A program made the position numbers and the translations under genes. Under the pieces are notes generated by a model. That model did not search any database and was not told the origin of the DNA. It worked only from the letters and a program-made list of their open reading frames with translations. This document shows, in pieces, positions 57,777-58,780 of a stretch of DNA of 58,780 nucleotides; position 1 is the stretch's first letter; each line of letters starts with the position of its first letter. The stretch is from positions 1-58,780 of the IMG/VR virus record IMGVR_UViG_3300016484_000424, one strand, 5' to 3'. Source of the DNA: a virus. Taxonomy: Duplodnaviria; Caudoviricetes.

Positions 57777-57868
57777 CGCAAGGCAAACTCATCTGCACCC
57801 GTTGCGGCCGAGAGGGGCATTCAGCCTCTTCGTGCAAGCAGCCGATCCCCAACGGGGCCAAGCCATGA
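57773..57868 (+). CDS. 31-aa zinc-knuckle peptide
   Basis: CTRCGREGHSASSC matches CX2CX4HX4C; 4-nt overlaps on both sides. Confidence 0.6.
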   Translation: MTQGKLICTRCGREGHSASSCKQPIPNGAKP

Positions 57869-58122
57869 CCGGCGAGCGCCCCACCGGATCAATCCCCGGA
57901 GTCGTCATCAGCGCCGTCATCACCGAAGGCCTGCGCATCAGCGTGGATGGCCGCCCTGCCCGGCTGGCGATCATCAGCGACGACGGGCAGATCGTGGACG
58001 ACAGCCCGCGCGTGGCCCAAGAAGTCGAGTCGGCTGCGATCAACAGCTACCGGAGCTTCCAGCGTGGGGCTGGGCATCTGGTGGTGAGGGCGGGTAACGC
58101 CCGAGTTCAGCCGCTGCCGTAG
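57865..58122 (+). CDS. Hypothetical protein ending inside attC R1
   Basis: ATGA overlap; reads through GGTAAC. Confidence 0.6.
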   Translation: MTGERPTGSIPGVVISAVITEGLRISVDGRPARLAIISDDGQIVDDSPRVAQEVESAAINSYRSFQRGAGHLVVRAGNARVQPLP

Positions 58123-58149
58123 GCAGTCGGCTGGAACGAAGTGTTAGGC
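58092..58149 (-). mobile_element. attC-like site R1 (58 bp)
   Basis: Minus strand GCCTAAC-acttc-GTT(C)CAGC...GCTGAAC-tcgggc-GTTACCC. Confidence 0.9.
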
Positions 58150-58175
58150 CACCCGTAACCGAAGCGAGGAAGACG

Positions 58176-58622
58176 ATGATTGAACTGATGGAAGAAACCG
58201 CAAACATGATGCGCGGCATGTGCATGGACCCACGCATTCCAAAGGACACCAAGGAAGCGCTTTGGTCGCGCATCAGCAAGCTGGACGCGGCCACCGAAGC
58301 GGCGGCGGACGACAAGGCTGGAGAACCTGTAAGCAGCGCTTACGAGTTGAAGCCGGCCGCCTGGATCGACAACAGCGGCCACCCGCACCACCTGAACCAC
58401 ATTCAGGGCGTGCGTGAGCGACAGTTGTACGGCCCGCTGCGGCCCCTGTACGACGAGCAGGCGATGTGGAACGCCTGCGCGCGGGCCGAAGGCATAGGGC
58501 GCGACCAGATCAAGGCGCGACTGCTGGAATTGCACGAGGCGCACAAGCACCAGCACAACTACTTTGCGTGGGCTGTGCAGGAGTTGTTTGTGGCGCGCCG
58601 CTTTAGCGGACGAGTGGCCTAA
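58176..58622 (+). CDS. Hypothetical protein, cassette-borne
   Basis: GAGG RBS; stop falls in GCCTAAC. Confidence 0.75.
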   Translation: MIELMEETANMMRGMCMDPRIPKDTKEALWSRISKLDAATEAAADDKAGEPVSSAYELKPAAWIDNSGHPHHLNHIQGVRERQLYGPLRPLYDEQAMWNACARAEGIGRDQIKARLLELHEAHKHQHNYFAWAVQELFVARRFSGRVA

Positions 58623-58704
58623 CGCCAGGTTAAGCGGCGCCCCGCGCTGACAGGGGCAAGACGCGCGGACGCCCCTGGGCGTCCGCTTGAACCGACAGTT
58701 CGGC
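58617..58704 (-). mobile_element. attC-like site R2 (88 bp)
   Basis: Minus strand GCCGAAC-tgtcg-GTT(C)AAGC...GCTTAAC-ctggc-GTTAGGC; L boxes match those I recall for the aadA1 attC. Confidence 0.92.
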
Positions 58705-58780
58705 CTCACGGCCGTGGAGAAGCGAACGATGGAACAGCAAGCACTCAATCTGCCAGGGCCGCGGATCAGCCGCATTACGC

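Larger units (their letters stand above)
1..58780. mobile_element. Probably complete, circularly permuted bacteriophage genome (933W/P22-like podovirus organisation, lambdoid early control)
   Basis: Packaging, head, tail, lysis, immunity, recombination and replication genes all present; no host housekeeping genes; the window ends match as the two ends of one cassette (revcomp of 1-19 vs 58698-58716, 16/19). Confidence 0.9.

Noticed and set aside
58107-58775. Minus-strand 222-aa ORF that would make the cassettes canonical in orientation
   Set aside because: It crosses an attC and has shadow-like composition; the + ORF has an RBS and a phage-type PLYD motif

Overview
The window looks like a complete, circularly permuted ~58.8 kb high-GC phage genome, probably from a betaproteobacterial host (inference). 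The late region (2.9-36.7 kb, +) is a 933W/P22-style podovirus module: terminase, portal, scaffold, N4-gp56-like capsid, tail and fibre genes, an internal holin/amidase/Rz-Rz1 block, ejection proteins and a 2999-aa PLxRFG polyvalent protein. A leftward early operon carries a C4-type antisense/antirepressor unit, YqaJ/ERF recombination genes and accessory genes. A cI/cro switch drives a rightward operon with ParB-like, helicase, primase, resolvase and Q-like genes. The main unexplained structure is two arrays of integron-type gene cassettes with 10 well-formed attC-like sites (39.4-41.4 kb, and 58.1 kb across the origin to 1.4 kb). One array is headed by a site closely resembling attI1. The two ends of each cassette are mutually complementary, as expected for mobilised cassettes. 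Every cassette gene lies antisense to the canonical attC top strand, so it follows phage operon transcription. I recognise no integron integrase or other integrase in the genome. All product calls come from motif recognition by eye, not from database searches.
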